DNA of 64,000 nt, from contig NMRA01000087.1 of the NCBI GenBank assembly GCA_002633005.1, positions 186,001-250,000 of the forward strand, written 5' to 3'. Positions 11,775 through 24,624 of this stretch are shown piece after piece; position 1 is the stretch's first letter; every line of letters starts with the position of its first letter. The DNA is from Phoronis australis. Its lineage: Eukaryota > Animalia > Phoronida. The notes under the pieces are model-generated. The model saw nothing but the letters and a program-made list of their open reading frames with translations, ran no database searches and was not told the origin of the DNA. The position numbers and the translations under genes are program-made.

Positions 11775-14700
11775 TAGTGCAGTCATTCTAGGGCTCCAAA
11801 GTGCCCAACCTAGAAAAATTGCAACAGAAGGTACTTTTTGATAAATAGCATCTTTAAACATCCCCTGGTGCCTGAAAAAAGTCTACCGAAATCGAAATGG
11901 CGGATGTCGGTTTTTTCAAGATGGCGGAAAAAATGGACGACAAAACCGGTGTTTACTGTTTTCTGGCATGTGACTCTTATTTAACAGCTGGAAATAATAC
12001 AATAAAGATTTTCATTGATTATATACTTTTCATAACAGGCATACCAATCAAAACATGCCAATTTTCCGTAAAATAAAACCAATATAGCCGACAAAATGGC
12101 AGCCGAAACGACAATTTGGTAGATGTTGAAAAATTTATTTTTATATTTTGCCCTGAAAATGGCAAAATTTCTATGCCTTTGTAAGTTAAACAATTGAAAG
12201 TATCTGGACCTTACAGTTGGTCACTAATTGGAGAGAAAAAATCAAGATGGCTGACAAAATGACCGCCAACTCACAAAACCCCAATTTACCGCATGTGCAT
12301 TCTGCATACTTTGTTTGTAACCTGACAAGCGTTTACACAGAAACATTTTACAATATACAGTTAGGCTTAATCAGATGATTGTTTATCAAATTTGTTGCTA
12401 AGATTTTGATACAAAATGTGGAATTTTAATCATATTTTAGATTATTTAACATAAAAGTTAGTGTGTTTTTCAGAAAAGGCTTTTGTTAAATTTTCATAAT
12501 AAATTTCACATACTCAATTATTTTTCTGTAAAATATATTCATTTGAGGTATCAAAAATAATATTTGTTAGATGAATAAGTAATTCTGGTGGAAGTATTGG
12601 GTTATTCATTACACCAACCCTGAATCACATTGGGCAGGAAGTGGCTTTGCTCTCTGCTATTGGAGATACTATTAGTTGTTCCCAAGCAAAGATTTTGTCG
12701 GCTACTGACATGAGCGGAGAATTTGGCTGCTGATTTCACCTGAATTTGATGAAAAGTAAATAAATTTGTGAAACAAAAAGTTAATAATTAAATGTTTAAC
12801 ATTTAGTAATCATAATTGGTTTTATGTGCATGCTTTTATGAACATAGGTAACTGATTTTAGAGGAAATTAGTGCCAGCAAACCAAACGACATTGATCTGC
12901 AGTCACTTGTTCTTAGCCAGCCTAGGCGGATTTCATACTGAGATTAGCTTTTTAGGATGTATTAGATACGTTATGTCAGGCATCAGGCTTCAAGAAGTTC
13001 TTGAGACATTGTATGCACCAAAAAGTGTGATCCCTGTGTTAATTGGAAAAAGTGTGGATAGAGCAGTGAGGGGGCATATCTTGGTAGACTCAGCACTGAA
13101 TGCTATCATAACAGCCAGATCATTCAACATCCCACTTCCAAATATTGACAGATCAAGTAACGTCAAACCAGAACCAATGAATTCAGGATTTAAAGAAAGA
13201 CGTTCCGGTTCTTCAGAAATTCCCGAATGTCACCAACTCAGATCGCACAGATTCCCTGCCAAGAGGTGGAGCAATTCAATGCTTGTACACAAACGTTGGC
13301 TCGTCAGAATATATGGAGACAGATTCTTCAGATATCCCAACTGATCACATAACTATAGATGTACACACTGCAATGCACAGGCAGTGTCTCCGATTCTGAA
13401 CATTGGATTACAGTGGAATACCCTCACGAGAGTTCACTTCTGGCTTCTGACAAACTCCTACTGATATATTCAAACACGACTGAATCAGAGTACAGGTCTT
13501 CAAAATTCGCAGTCACGGAGAATGGTTCGTCGGAAGAATCAATGGCCACTGATATACTTGAAGACGATTTGAAAGCTGGTCTGAAGCTGTATGATGTTAT
13601 TGCTGGTATGACGTCTATGTGCGGTGATGTATGGTTGTCGGAGTGTCTTGTAGGAATCCATAAAAAACGAAGCGCATAAATCAGACTTGTCCTTGCAAAG
13701 TCGAAACAGCAGTCTCTGGCTACAGTACATGAAGATGGTTGACATCCTTCGACTTTTTCTGTATGCAGAAATAACGTCAGATTGGGAAATTCACCTTAAA
13801 GCAGTTTCTGAAATGCTGCCTTACTTTGCAGTTGCTGGTCACAACTCATATGCAAAATCTGCATAAATATACTTGCAGCATTCGCAGCAACTCAAAGACA
13901 CCCATCCAGATGTCTGTAGCACCTTTATTAACGGCTACCATGCCATAAGACGAAGTGACAGATTCTGGGAAGGCTTGTCATCTGACCTTGTAATTGAACA
14001 AACGCATATGGAAACCATTAAATCAACAGGAGATTTAAATAGAGGTTACGGAATGGGAGATACGCAGTGTGCACAGTTCCTTGCCATCATTCTCAAGTAT
14101 AAATGGTGTCATGCAGAGTATGGCAAACTTGAGTTGTGAAACAAATGAGCAGCATAAAAAATGTACCCAGGTAAGACAGTCACGGAATGACAAAGACATC
14201 CTCAGCTTTGCTGAATTGCTTCACAACAGAAACCCATTTAAAAGGGAAACATTACAGAACATCGCCACTGGTATGACTGTGGGCACACGCGTCAATGCCG
14301 AAAGTGCTAGAAAAGCAGGGAAGGCGATTCTCTTGTCTATGGAGGGGTCGAGTGTGAAAGACTTCACATTCAGAAAGAAAGACAAGTTTGTGGCAATGAA
14401 AAGTCCACCAATTCATGTTACCAATAGGGAATTTACACATTGGATCCACAACTGCTATTTCAGTGATTACCGACAGCTGCAAAAGACAACAATGAATGTT
14501 TATCAAGCCTTTTGAAGTTTGAGCTGTGTGTTGGTTCCCTCAACATTTTGATACATCTGGTTTTTCCAGAGTCGCTAATAAATCAAGATTAGCGGATGCA
14601 CTCTGGTCCAGTGGGGGATGACCAACATGAAGATTTCCAATTTCCAGAAAACACGGTGATGCATGTAATCGACGGCGGTTCTCACCTCCACTGTCTTCTA

Positions 14701-16732
14701 TGGCCTAGAAGTGCAACGTTTCAGTCAGTTGGTAGAGCTTTTGTGGATTACATCAGCAAGTAAACCCAGCTTACTGTTGTTTTTGATGGTTATGGAGGTG
14801 GCCCAATCAACTAAAGACGTCTCCCATGTTCGAAGACTGGGTGGGGTTGTTGGAACAGAAGTTCACTTCAATGGAGACATGGTGATCAACCCAAAGAAGG
14901 AAGTTCACATTTTTGGCAAACTGCAAAAACAAACAAAGATTCATTCATTTCTTGTCAAGTTGCTCGAAATGCTGGCTGCACAGTGGTGCAAGCTCAAGGT
15001 GAAGCAGATGTTTTAATTGCAGAAACATCAGTAGAGAATGCAGACGATACAGACTTGTTGGTTCTTTTTTGTGTTACCATGCTATTTCACAACAATTTCC
15101 AATGTTCATGAAAACTGACAAGAGGTACCAAAGCATGAGGAGAGTCTGGGACATCAAGAAACTACAGTTGTCTTTTGGTGCCGAAACTTGCGAGCTTTTG
15201 CCATTGGCACATGCAATGGGTGGTTGCGATAAAACATCACGGCTGTTCGGTACTGGCAAGGCTTTCCCATTGAAGAAACTGTGCGATCAAGAATTCTGCG
15301 AACACGCTAGAGTATTCACTAGATCAATGCAGTTGAAGCAAGACATATTTGAAGCTGGTAAAAGAGTTGTTATTTATGGCGGTGCTGGCTCTGGAAATTT
15401 TCATGAATTGCAATGCTAGCAATCTGTGGAAAAGGTGTCATCAAGCGTAGCCCCACTCCAAATATAGTCATTACCAATAACTATAAATTCCATGCTGCCA
15501 GGACAAGAGCAAGAGTGGTCAAGTTTCCGTGGCAGTGGCATAGACCCGCTGGATTGGAGATGGATGCCGGCAGGTGGAAAACGCATTCCCATGACGACGG
15601 ACCAGCCAGCAGCACGAGAGAACCAGCTGAAAGTAGTAAGATGCTCGTGCAAGACCAAATGCGGATCCAAGAGATGTACTCATAAGAAGTTATGATTGTC
15701 GTGCTTGGTTGCATGTGGAGAATGCAGTGATATAAGCTGCAGCAATTCATTCTCAGTTGAAAGAGATTAGTTGTGTAAATACTGGTTGGTTGTGTATAGA
15801 TTTTGATCGCAGACCGAGAATTACTGCTTCGAACACACGTGTAACATCACTGAAGAGAAGCCTAGTGGGAGCTGTTCAAGTGTTTATAAATTATTTAACT
15901 TGCTAAACATACCTTACTAAACCTTTCTCCTGTCTCAACTGTTGCTGTATTCACTAGCATTTACAACTAAATGGAGGCGACACAGATGGTCAATTGGTGT
16001 GGATAGTAGATCACTGAATTAATCGCGGAGAATTATTATCGATACAGCACTTCTTTTTTTCGAAGAATTCGACCCTACAGTCCAGGCGAACCTGATGTTT
16101 TTCACCCAAATAAGTTATAATTTGTTTAATAATCTTGAAAACGGTCGTCGTAATCATCAGAGTTAGACAAAAATAATTTTTATGGACATGCTGACCTATG
16201 AAACCCAGGATATGAAATCTGTGAAGATGGCGTGTCTCTGGAATCTGAAGTTCTTACAAAAACAAGTACATTTGGTGGCCATCTTACAAAATGTCGGAAG
16301 TAATCATTAGAGCCAAACGCAATGAGCCTCAATGGATTAGTTGGTCCAGAAAACCTATGATGGAATGTTTAAATCAAGACGACACTAATCTGTTCGTGCA
16401 AAACTGTACGACTCGAAGTAGTTTTGGCGGCTATCTTGGAAAATGGCTGACGGCGTCACCACAGGCATGGAAAACTATTTCCAGTGAATTCGTTGACCCA
16501 CAAAATATAGGTAAAACTTTTTGAATTAGTACTCTATCACATCCCACTCTCGAGTTATAATGGTCATATGTTAATCTGGCGACCATTTTGTCGGCCATCT
16601 TGAAAAACCAACTTCCGCCAATCCGATTCCGGTAGACTTTTTTCGCACTGAGAGGTGTGAGAGCATACGATTTATGCAATAAAACCAGTTGCAATAATTA
16701 TTTCCGGGTTATCCGTAGAATGACTGGACCTA
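11775..16732 (+). mobile_element. AcademX-like DNA transposon, defective (copy 1)
   Basis: Termini tagtgcagtcattcta / tagaatgactggaccta, with imperfect inverted similarity over about 170 bp (aaaaaagtctaccg...ttcaagatggcgg). 3-bp TSD AAA (11772-11774, 16733-16735). Internal degenerate transposase, XPG-like nuclease and Cys-rich coding. Confidence 0.85.
12871..15770 (+). pseudogene. Frameshifted Academ transposase / XPG(PIN)-like nuclease / C-terminal Cys cluster
   Basis: Motifs LGGFHTEISFLGCI, RAVRGHILVDSAL, WLQYMKMVDILR, AGHNSYAKSA, RRSDRFWEGLSSDLVIEQ, DGGS, VVFDGY, DDTDLLVL, AHAMGGCDKTSRLFGTGK (H3TH-like), RCSCKTKCGSKRC..C..ACGEC. Many stops and frameshifts; 5' part of the transposase is missing. 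Confidence 0.82.
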
Positions 16733-18248
16733 AAAGCCACCTATACGTAAATGTGGCCCTGTGAAATGATAGTAGACGACTCGCAGAATTCCGTATGTGG
16801 GCATGAGAGCGAATGTCTTGGTTTGTACATTTGTCGTGTTCATATGGTTCGGAAATGAGCCGGAAAATTACAGTGAACCGTTTTGTTGTTCTATTTGACG
16901 GCAGTTGCAATCTTGCGTGAGTAAAAATCGCGAACATGTATAGAATTAATTTGTTTAGTCTGTACTAGTGGTTGCAGCAACTGCAAGCCACGAAGACATT
17001 GCTCACCAGATGGGGAAATATATTGATGTTTTTCTCAACATCAACCAATCGAAATGTTTGAATGTTATTTTCCAACCAATCGGATTATTCGAATGGTACT
17101 TCGTTCTGCTAACCAATGAGAAGTCATGTCACACGATCTCAATCCACTGTGCTGTTCTCGCACGACTGGGAAAGAGTGTACATACATTCAAGCGAAGCGC
17201 AAGATATCACCAAAGTTTTCCCGATATCGGCTATGCATTGCAAACGAAGCACGTGATCACACCAGCCTTCCTTGCGATTGTCATACTTCTGCGGAACGCA
17301 GCCCCGTCGTGATACTCATTGGACTCCTCTATGTCGTGGTCAGTCGTTGTGACTAGTCCTACGCCAGAACCCTGAACAACGCTGTTGTAATGATTTACGA
17401 CTTAGTTAATTGCTTTACCACCCTCCGATAATTCGATATTTACTTAGTTTCGATAAGCGGTCACGGAATACCACTTGACAATTTTCTTTTGTCGAATTAC
17501 TTTGCGTTCGATGTTTGTTGTTCTAGAACGCAATAATGTTGTCACAGCATAAATTTGTAAGTTTCTATCTGGCAAGCTTGGGACGCGTTTGATCAACCAC
17601 TCTTCTATATTTATTAACTTTAACCGAAGTCAATATGTTGGTTTCCAAACCCCCAAAATGTGACAATGACAGAGGGCGAGCAGACTGTAAAAGTCACTAA
17701 TTATTTTAATAAACGAATGTAATTAAAAATACTTCATGGAAAGAGGCTATGTTTGGGCTTTCGACCGTATGTCGACCACTCTTTGGTCAGTCAGCTACCA
17801 ACTTTTTACTCAAAACGTTGTGGAGTGATTTTGAGAAGACTTCCAGGAGATGCTTAGAATGGAAATAGAAACAACCGATTACGTTTTAGGAAAGACATCA
17901 TGTTTTGGGGTCAAACAATGGTAGTTTTTAATGCAAAACAAACGACAAACGTCATTTGGTTGTACCAATGCGATTCTGAACTGCGTGTCCGCCAGTCACC
18001 AGGCGGCGAGATCGTCTCGTTCAGAATCTAGATGGAACAAAAAGGCTTGAAAGGTTTGGTGACATGCTGGTACGTGCAATGGTGAAACCGAGGGTTACGA
18101 AATGAAAAACACCACGGGGATCGACTCTAGATAGATTTTCTGAAAAAATTCCTAAACAAAGTTTGAAACGGCGTTACCATAGAGACGGTCAATATAGCAA
18201 TTTATTGACTGGTCTGCCTATTTTTTAATAAAACACATTTATGACACA

Positions 18249-18500
18249 TTAGTAGCCCTGTTTCATCAAGTATCGTCCTCTTGTATCGAGTACCAACCAA
18301 CTTACAACCCGTTTCCTATTGAGCATCAACAATGTCCTCAGTCCTGTTCTATCTAAGCAATACATGTCCTTAGGATGCCGTGGGCATACTGGCGATGACC
18401 CCCAATAGAGCTGCTCAAGTGACTTACTTTTTGATCGATAAAATAAAGTATAATCACCAAATGTATGGGGAGAGCTACCTATGAATGATATATTGGACAT
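18249..18500 (-). pseudogene. Highly degenerate LINE ORF2 3' fragment
   Basis: FGDYTLFYRS resembles FADDTxxYRS, and SSPVCPRHPKDMYCLDR resembles SPVWSPxxKxDIxxLER. Confidence 0.3.
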
Positions 18501-18605
18501 ATATACGTTAGCAAAGATGAAATTATATTCCTTTCATTTTTGTGGTAGCTATTAAAGGCCACCTACCCAAAACGAGTTGTAACCTTGACCTAACAAAACG
18601 TGAAT

Positions 18606-21600
18606 TAGTCCAATCATTCTAAGGCTCCAGAGGGCCCAAGCTAGAAAAATTGCAACAGAAGGTTTTTTTTTGCATAATGGAATCTCCAAACATCCCTTGG
18701 TGACAGAAAAAAAGTCGTTTTTTCAAGATGGCAGAAAAAATGGCCGCCAAAAACGGTGTTTACTGCTTTTTGGCATGTTACTCTTATGCAACAGCTCGAA
18801 ATAACACAGTAAAGCTTGTCATTGGTTATATACTTTTCATAACAGGTGTACCAATCAAAAGATGCCAATGTTCCGTAAAATAAAACCAATATGGCCGACA
18901 AAATGGCGGCCGAAACGACAATTTGGTACATTTTGCGAAATTTCTTTTCATATTTTGCCCTGAAAATGGCAAAATTTCTATGCATTTGTAATTTAGACAA
19001 TTGAAAATACCTGGACCTTACAGATGGTCACTAATTGGAGAGAAAAACATCAAGATGGCTGACAAAATAGCCGCCAACTCACAAATAACTCCAATTTACC
19101 GCATGTGCATTATGCAAACTTTGTTTGTAACCTGATAAGCATTTACACTAAAACATCTTACAATCTACAGTTAGGCTTAATGAGTTGATTCTTTATAAAG
19201 TTTGTTTTTAAGATTTAGGTACTAAATGTGGAATTTTAATCACATTTTAGATTATTTAACGTAAAATTTGATGTTTTTCAGAAAACGCTTTAGTTAAATT
19301 TTCATAGGGAATTTCACACACTCAATTATTTTTCTGTAAAATATATTCATTTGAGGCATCAAAATAATATTTGTTAGAAGAATATGTAATTCTGACGGAA
19401 TTATTGGCTTATTCAATACGCAACTCCTGAATCACATTTGGCAGGAAGTGGCTTTGCTCTCTGCTATTGGAGATATTATCAGTTGTTTCCATGCAAAGAT
19501 TTCGTCTGCTACTGACATGAGTGGAGCATTTGGCAGCTGATTTCACCTGAATTTGATGAAAAACCAAATACATTCGTGCAACAAGTAATAATTTAATGTT
19601 TAACATTTATTACTCAAAATTGGTGTAATATGCATGCTTTTTATGAAAATAGGTAACTGATTCGAGAGGAAATTAGTGCCAGCAAACCAAACGACAGTGA
19701 CCTGCAGTCACTTGTTCTTAGCCAGGCTTGGCGGATTTCATATTGGGACGAGCTTTCTGGGATTTATTGGATACGTAATGTCAGGCAACAGGTTTCTAGT
19801 TCTTGACACAGTGTATGCACCAAACAGTGTGATCCATATGTTAAATTAAAAACGTGTGGATAGAGCAGTGAGGGGGCACAGGTTGGTACTCAACACTGAA
19901 TGCTATCATCACAGCCAGAGCATTCAACATCCCACTTCCAAATATTCATTTGGAGAATTTCTCGATTACACTGGTCACCGCTCAGATTCCCTTTAGCCCC
20001 AGACCACTTTTACGATGTCTATTCAGTACGCCCTTTGTACTGTTGCAGATCTGAGCTAATGAAGCGGAAAGGTAATAGCTAGCATTAACTGTCTCAACAA
20101 TGGTTGTTTTTAGTGCCCCAATTTTGTCTTCTCTGACATTTTCAGTGTTACAGCCTGCAACTCTGGAGAGTAGTTTTAACTTGGTATATTATAAATATTA
20201 CAAAATGACTAAAAAGGTTAACTTGTGTTTATCTTCACAAAGGGCCACTTCCCAAAGGAACGATATGTCTCATATTGGTTTTCGTTATTTAATTTTTAAT
20301 GCGTCTGCCCACCTGTTTTTTTTCTTACCGGGAACAGGTTGATAACTCTTTATCTAAGTTTAAACTTGAAGTACCAAAACGGTGGTAGATTTTGATCGCC
20401 AGTGAAACTTAATTAGTTTAGATCGTTGTGAGCCCATCTCTGAACTTTCCACATTACAGGTTGGCCTACACTAAACATTTCATGTGTCATTAAAGTTTAA
20501 TCTTTATTAGAACTAAAATATATACAAAAGTGCAAATATGGTGATAACCAGATCTGAAGATTGGGAATCTTTGGACAATTTCGGTGGCACTGACTATATA
20601 ACTATTTTAGCTGTAGGTCAGTAATAAAAAATTAAATGTGGGCACAAATTAAGTGCAACTGTTTCCTGGTCTAAAATCTGATTAAACGAGATTGAAAGAA
20701 TATTAAAAAATTAATCCATGTGATATTGTTAACTCTGATCAGCGTTTGTATATACACCGAGTATATCAATACGCGCAGTAGTTTATCTTCAATCGTACCC
20801 AATGGTTGTAGATTTTAGATTATTAGTTCATCGATTTTTAAAAATCGAAAACTACTTGGTTGTTTTTTTCCAGCTCAATACTGTCGTGGTATTCGTTTTT
20901 AACGAAAATTAGTGGTTAATGCATTTTGAAAATTCGCCATTATGTACAATCAGAGATGTTTAATACAGTTTATGGTCGGGTAATTACACTTAATTAGATC
21001 TTGCTCGCATCGGGCAATGCGGTCATCACAACTGTATCTGACTCCGGCGCCGCGCTCTCTTTGATCCTGGTAAAAGCCGCTCAGAAGAACGAGCGGTGAA
21101 TATTCCTGCATATATTTAGAAAGACGTGACTTCCTTGTAAGCTTATTATTCATGATATGTGACAGAACCAATGACTACAGGATTTCAAGAAAGAAGTTCC
21201 GGTTCTTCATAAATTCCAGGAGTCCCGAATGTCACCAACACAGAATACAGATTCTGTGCCAAGAGGTGGAGCAATTCAATGCTTGTACACAAACGTTGGC
21301 TCGTCAGAATATATAGAGACAGACTCTTTAGACATCCCAACTGATCACATAACTATAGATGTAGTACACACCGGCACATGCAATGCACAACCAGTATCTT
21401 CCGATTCTGAACATTGGATTACAGTGGAATACCCTCAAGAGAGTTCACTTCTGGCTTCTGACAAACTGCCACTGGTATATTTAAACAAGACTGAATCAGA
21501 GTATAGATCTTCAGAATTTGCAGTGACAGAAGAATCACCGGCCACTGATATACTTGATGATAATTTGAAAGCTGGTCTGAAGCTTTATGATCTTATTGCT

Positions 21601-24600
21601 GGCATGACATCTATGTGCGGCGATGTATGCTTGCAGGAATCCATTTAAAAACGAAGCACATAAATCAGACTTGTCTTTGCAAAGTCGAACCATCAGTCTC
21701 TGGCTACCGTATAAGAAGATGGATGACATCCTTCGACTTTTTCTAAAAGCAGAAATAACGTCAGATTGGGAACTTCACCTAAAAGTAGTTTCTAATATGC
21801 TGCCGTAGTTTGCAGCTGCTGGTTACATCTCATATGCAAAACTGCATACATATACTTGCAAGAGATGCACGAACTCAAAGACACCCATCCAGACGTCTAC
21901 AGCAACTTTATCAACGGCCATCATGCCATGACACTAAGTGACAGACTCTGGACAGGGTTTGTCATCTGACCTTGTAATTGAACAAACACTCATAAAAACC
22001 ATTAAATCATCAGGAGGTTTAACTAGAGGTTGCATGATGGGAGATACGCAGCATGCACTGTTGCTGCTTTCCATGCCGACATGCATGCTCAAGTATAAAT
22101 GGCGCCATGCAGAGTATGACAAACTTGAGTTGCGAAACAAGCGAGCAGCATAAAGAAAGTACCCTGGCAAGACAGTCGCGGAACAAAGACATCTTCAGTC
22201 TTGTTGAATTCCTCCACAACAGAAACCCATAGTCAGAGAAGCAGGGAAGGCAATTCTCTTGTTTATAGAGAAGTCGAGTGTCAAAGACTTCACATTCAGA
22301 AAGAAAGACAAGTTTGTGGCAATGACAAGTCCACTAGTTCATGTTGCCAATAGTGACTACACAAATGGATCCACAATTGCTATTTCAGCGATTACTGACA
22401 GCTGCGAAAGACAACTGAATGTTTATGAAGCCTTTAGAAGTTTGAGTTGTGTGTTGGTTCCCCCGCTCTTTTTGATACATCTGGTCTTCCCAGAGTGGCT
22501 GAGGTAATGCACTCTGATCCAGTGGAGCACGACCTACCTGAAGATTACCAATTTCCAGAAAACAAGGTGATGCATGCAATCGACAGCGGTTCTCTCCTTC
22601 ACTGTATTCTATGACCTAGAGATGCAACGTTTCAGTTAGTTGGTAGAGCTTATGTGGGCTGCGTCAGCAAGTACACCCAGCTTACTGTTGTCTTTGATAG
22701 TTGTGGAGGTGGTCCATCAACTAAGAATGTCTCCCATGTTCGAAGACTGAGTGGGGTGGTTGAAACTGAAGTTCACTCCAATGGTGACATAGTGATCAAG
22801 TCAAAGAAGAAAGTTCACAGTTTTGGCAAACAGCAAAAACAAACAACGATTCATTCACTTCTTTTCGAAATGCTAGTTGCACAGTGGTATAAGCTCAAGG
22901 TGACGCAGATATTTTAATTGCAGAAACATCAGTAGAGAATGCAGACGATACAGACTTGTTGGTTCTTTTTTGTGTTACCATGCTACTTCACAACAATTTC
23001 CAATATTCCTGATCTGACAAGAGGCACCAAAACGAAAGGAGAGTCTGGGACATCAAGAAAGTACATTTGTTTCTTGGTACCGAAACTTGCGCGCTTTTGC
23101 CATTTGCGCATGCAATAGGTGGTTGCGATACAACATCACGGCTTTTCGGTATTGGCAAGGCCCCCTCCTTCAAGAAACTGCGTAATGGAGAATTCTGCGA
23201 ATAGGCTGGAGTATTCACTAGACCTGATGCAGCTGAAGGAAGACATATTTGAAGTTGGTAAAAGATTCGTGCTTCATGGCGTTACTTGCTCTGGAAATTT
23301 AAACGACTTGCAATGCAGGCGATTTGTGGAAAAGCGTCATCAAGCGTAGCCGAAGTCCAAATACAGTCATTAACACCAACTGCTTCAACAGGTAAATACC
23401 TTGCTGCCAGGTCAAAAACAAGAGTCGTCAAGTATCAGTGGCAGTGAGCTAGACCCGCTGGATTGAGGATGGATGCTGGCAGGTGGAAAACACATTCCCA
23501 TGACGACCGACCAGCCAGTAGCACCAGAGAACCTTCTGATAATAAGATGCTCGTGCAAGACCAACTGCAGTTCCAAGAGATATACTCACAAGAAGTTAGA
23601 ATTGCCGTGCTCGTTTGCCTGTGGAGAATGCAGTGATATAAGCTACAGGAATTCATTCTCAGTTGAAAGAGATTAGTTGTGTAAATACTTGTTAGTTGTG
23701 TATAGCTTTTGATTACAGACTGAGAATTAATACTTTGGATACACCTGTAACATCACTAAAGAGAACCCGAGTGGGAGCTGTTCAAGCGCTTATAAACTGT
23801 TTAACTTGGTAAACATACCCTACTAAACCTTTCTCCTGTCTCAACTGTTGCTGTATTCACTAGCATTTACAATTAACTGGAGGTGACAGAAATGGTCAAT
23901 TGGTGTGAATAGTAAACTGCTGAATTAATCGCGGAGAATTATTTTCGACACAGCACATTTTTTACGGAGAATGACCCTTCAGTCCAGGCGAACCTGATGT
24001 TTTTCACCCAAATAAGTTATAATTTGTTTAACAATCTTGAAAATGGTAGTCGTATGAATCAGAGCCAGACAAAAATAATTTTGATGGACATGTTGATCTC
24101 TGAAACTCAGAATATGAAATGTGTGAAGACGGCGTGTCTCTGTCTTACAGAGGCAACTATTTGGTGGCCATATTAGAAAATGGTGGTACTAATCAATAGA
24201 GCTAAACGCAATGAGTCTCAATGGATTAGTCGACCCAGAAAACCAATGATGCAATGTTTGAATCAAGACGATGCATTAATCTGTTCGTGCAAAGTTGTGC
24301 GACTCGAAGTAGTTTTGGCGGCCTTCTTGGAAAATGGCGAATGGTGTCACCGCTGCCATGCAAAACTATTTCCAATGGATTCGTTGACCCACAGAAGATA
24401 CGTAAACCTTTTTGAATTTTTACACTATCACATTCCACTCTCGAGTTATAATGGTCGTATGCAAATCTGGCGGCCATTTTGTCCACCATCTTGAAAAACC
24501 AACTTCCGCCACCCCGATTCCGGTAGACTTTTTTCTCACACTAAGGGGTATGAGAGGATACGATTTATGCAATAAAACCTTCCGTTGCAATTATTTCCGG

Positions 24601-24624
24601 GTTATCCGTAGAATGACTGGACTA
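18606..24624 (+). mobile_element. AcademX-like DNA transposon, defective (copy 2, with ~1.2 kb internal insertion)
   Basis: Termini tagtccaatcattcta / tagaatgactggacta; 3-bp TSD AAT (18603-18605, 24625-24627); collinear with copy 1 along its length. Confidence 0.88.
19676..23676 (+). pseudogene. Frameshifted Academ transposase/XPG-like ORF of copy 2 (interrupted about 19947-21160)
   Basis: RLGGFH, LRLFLKAEITSDWELHL, GLSSDLVIEQTLIKTIKSSGGLTRG, FAHAIGGCDTTSRLFGIGK, RCSCKTNCSSKR...CSFACGECSD. Confidence 0.8.

Noticed and set aside
11981-12193. Hydrophobic minus-strand ORF repeated at 18641-19000
   Set aside because: It lies in the Academ subterminal region built of aaaatggc(c/g)g repeats. Similarity is explained by the element duplication, and there is no ATG start or coding evidence.
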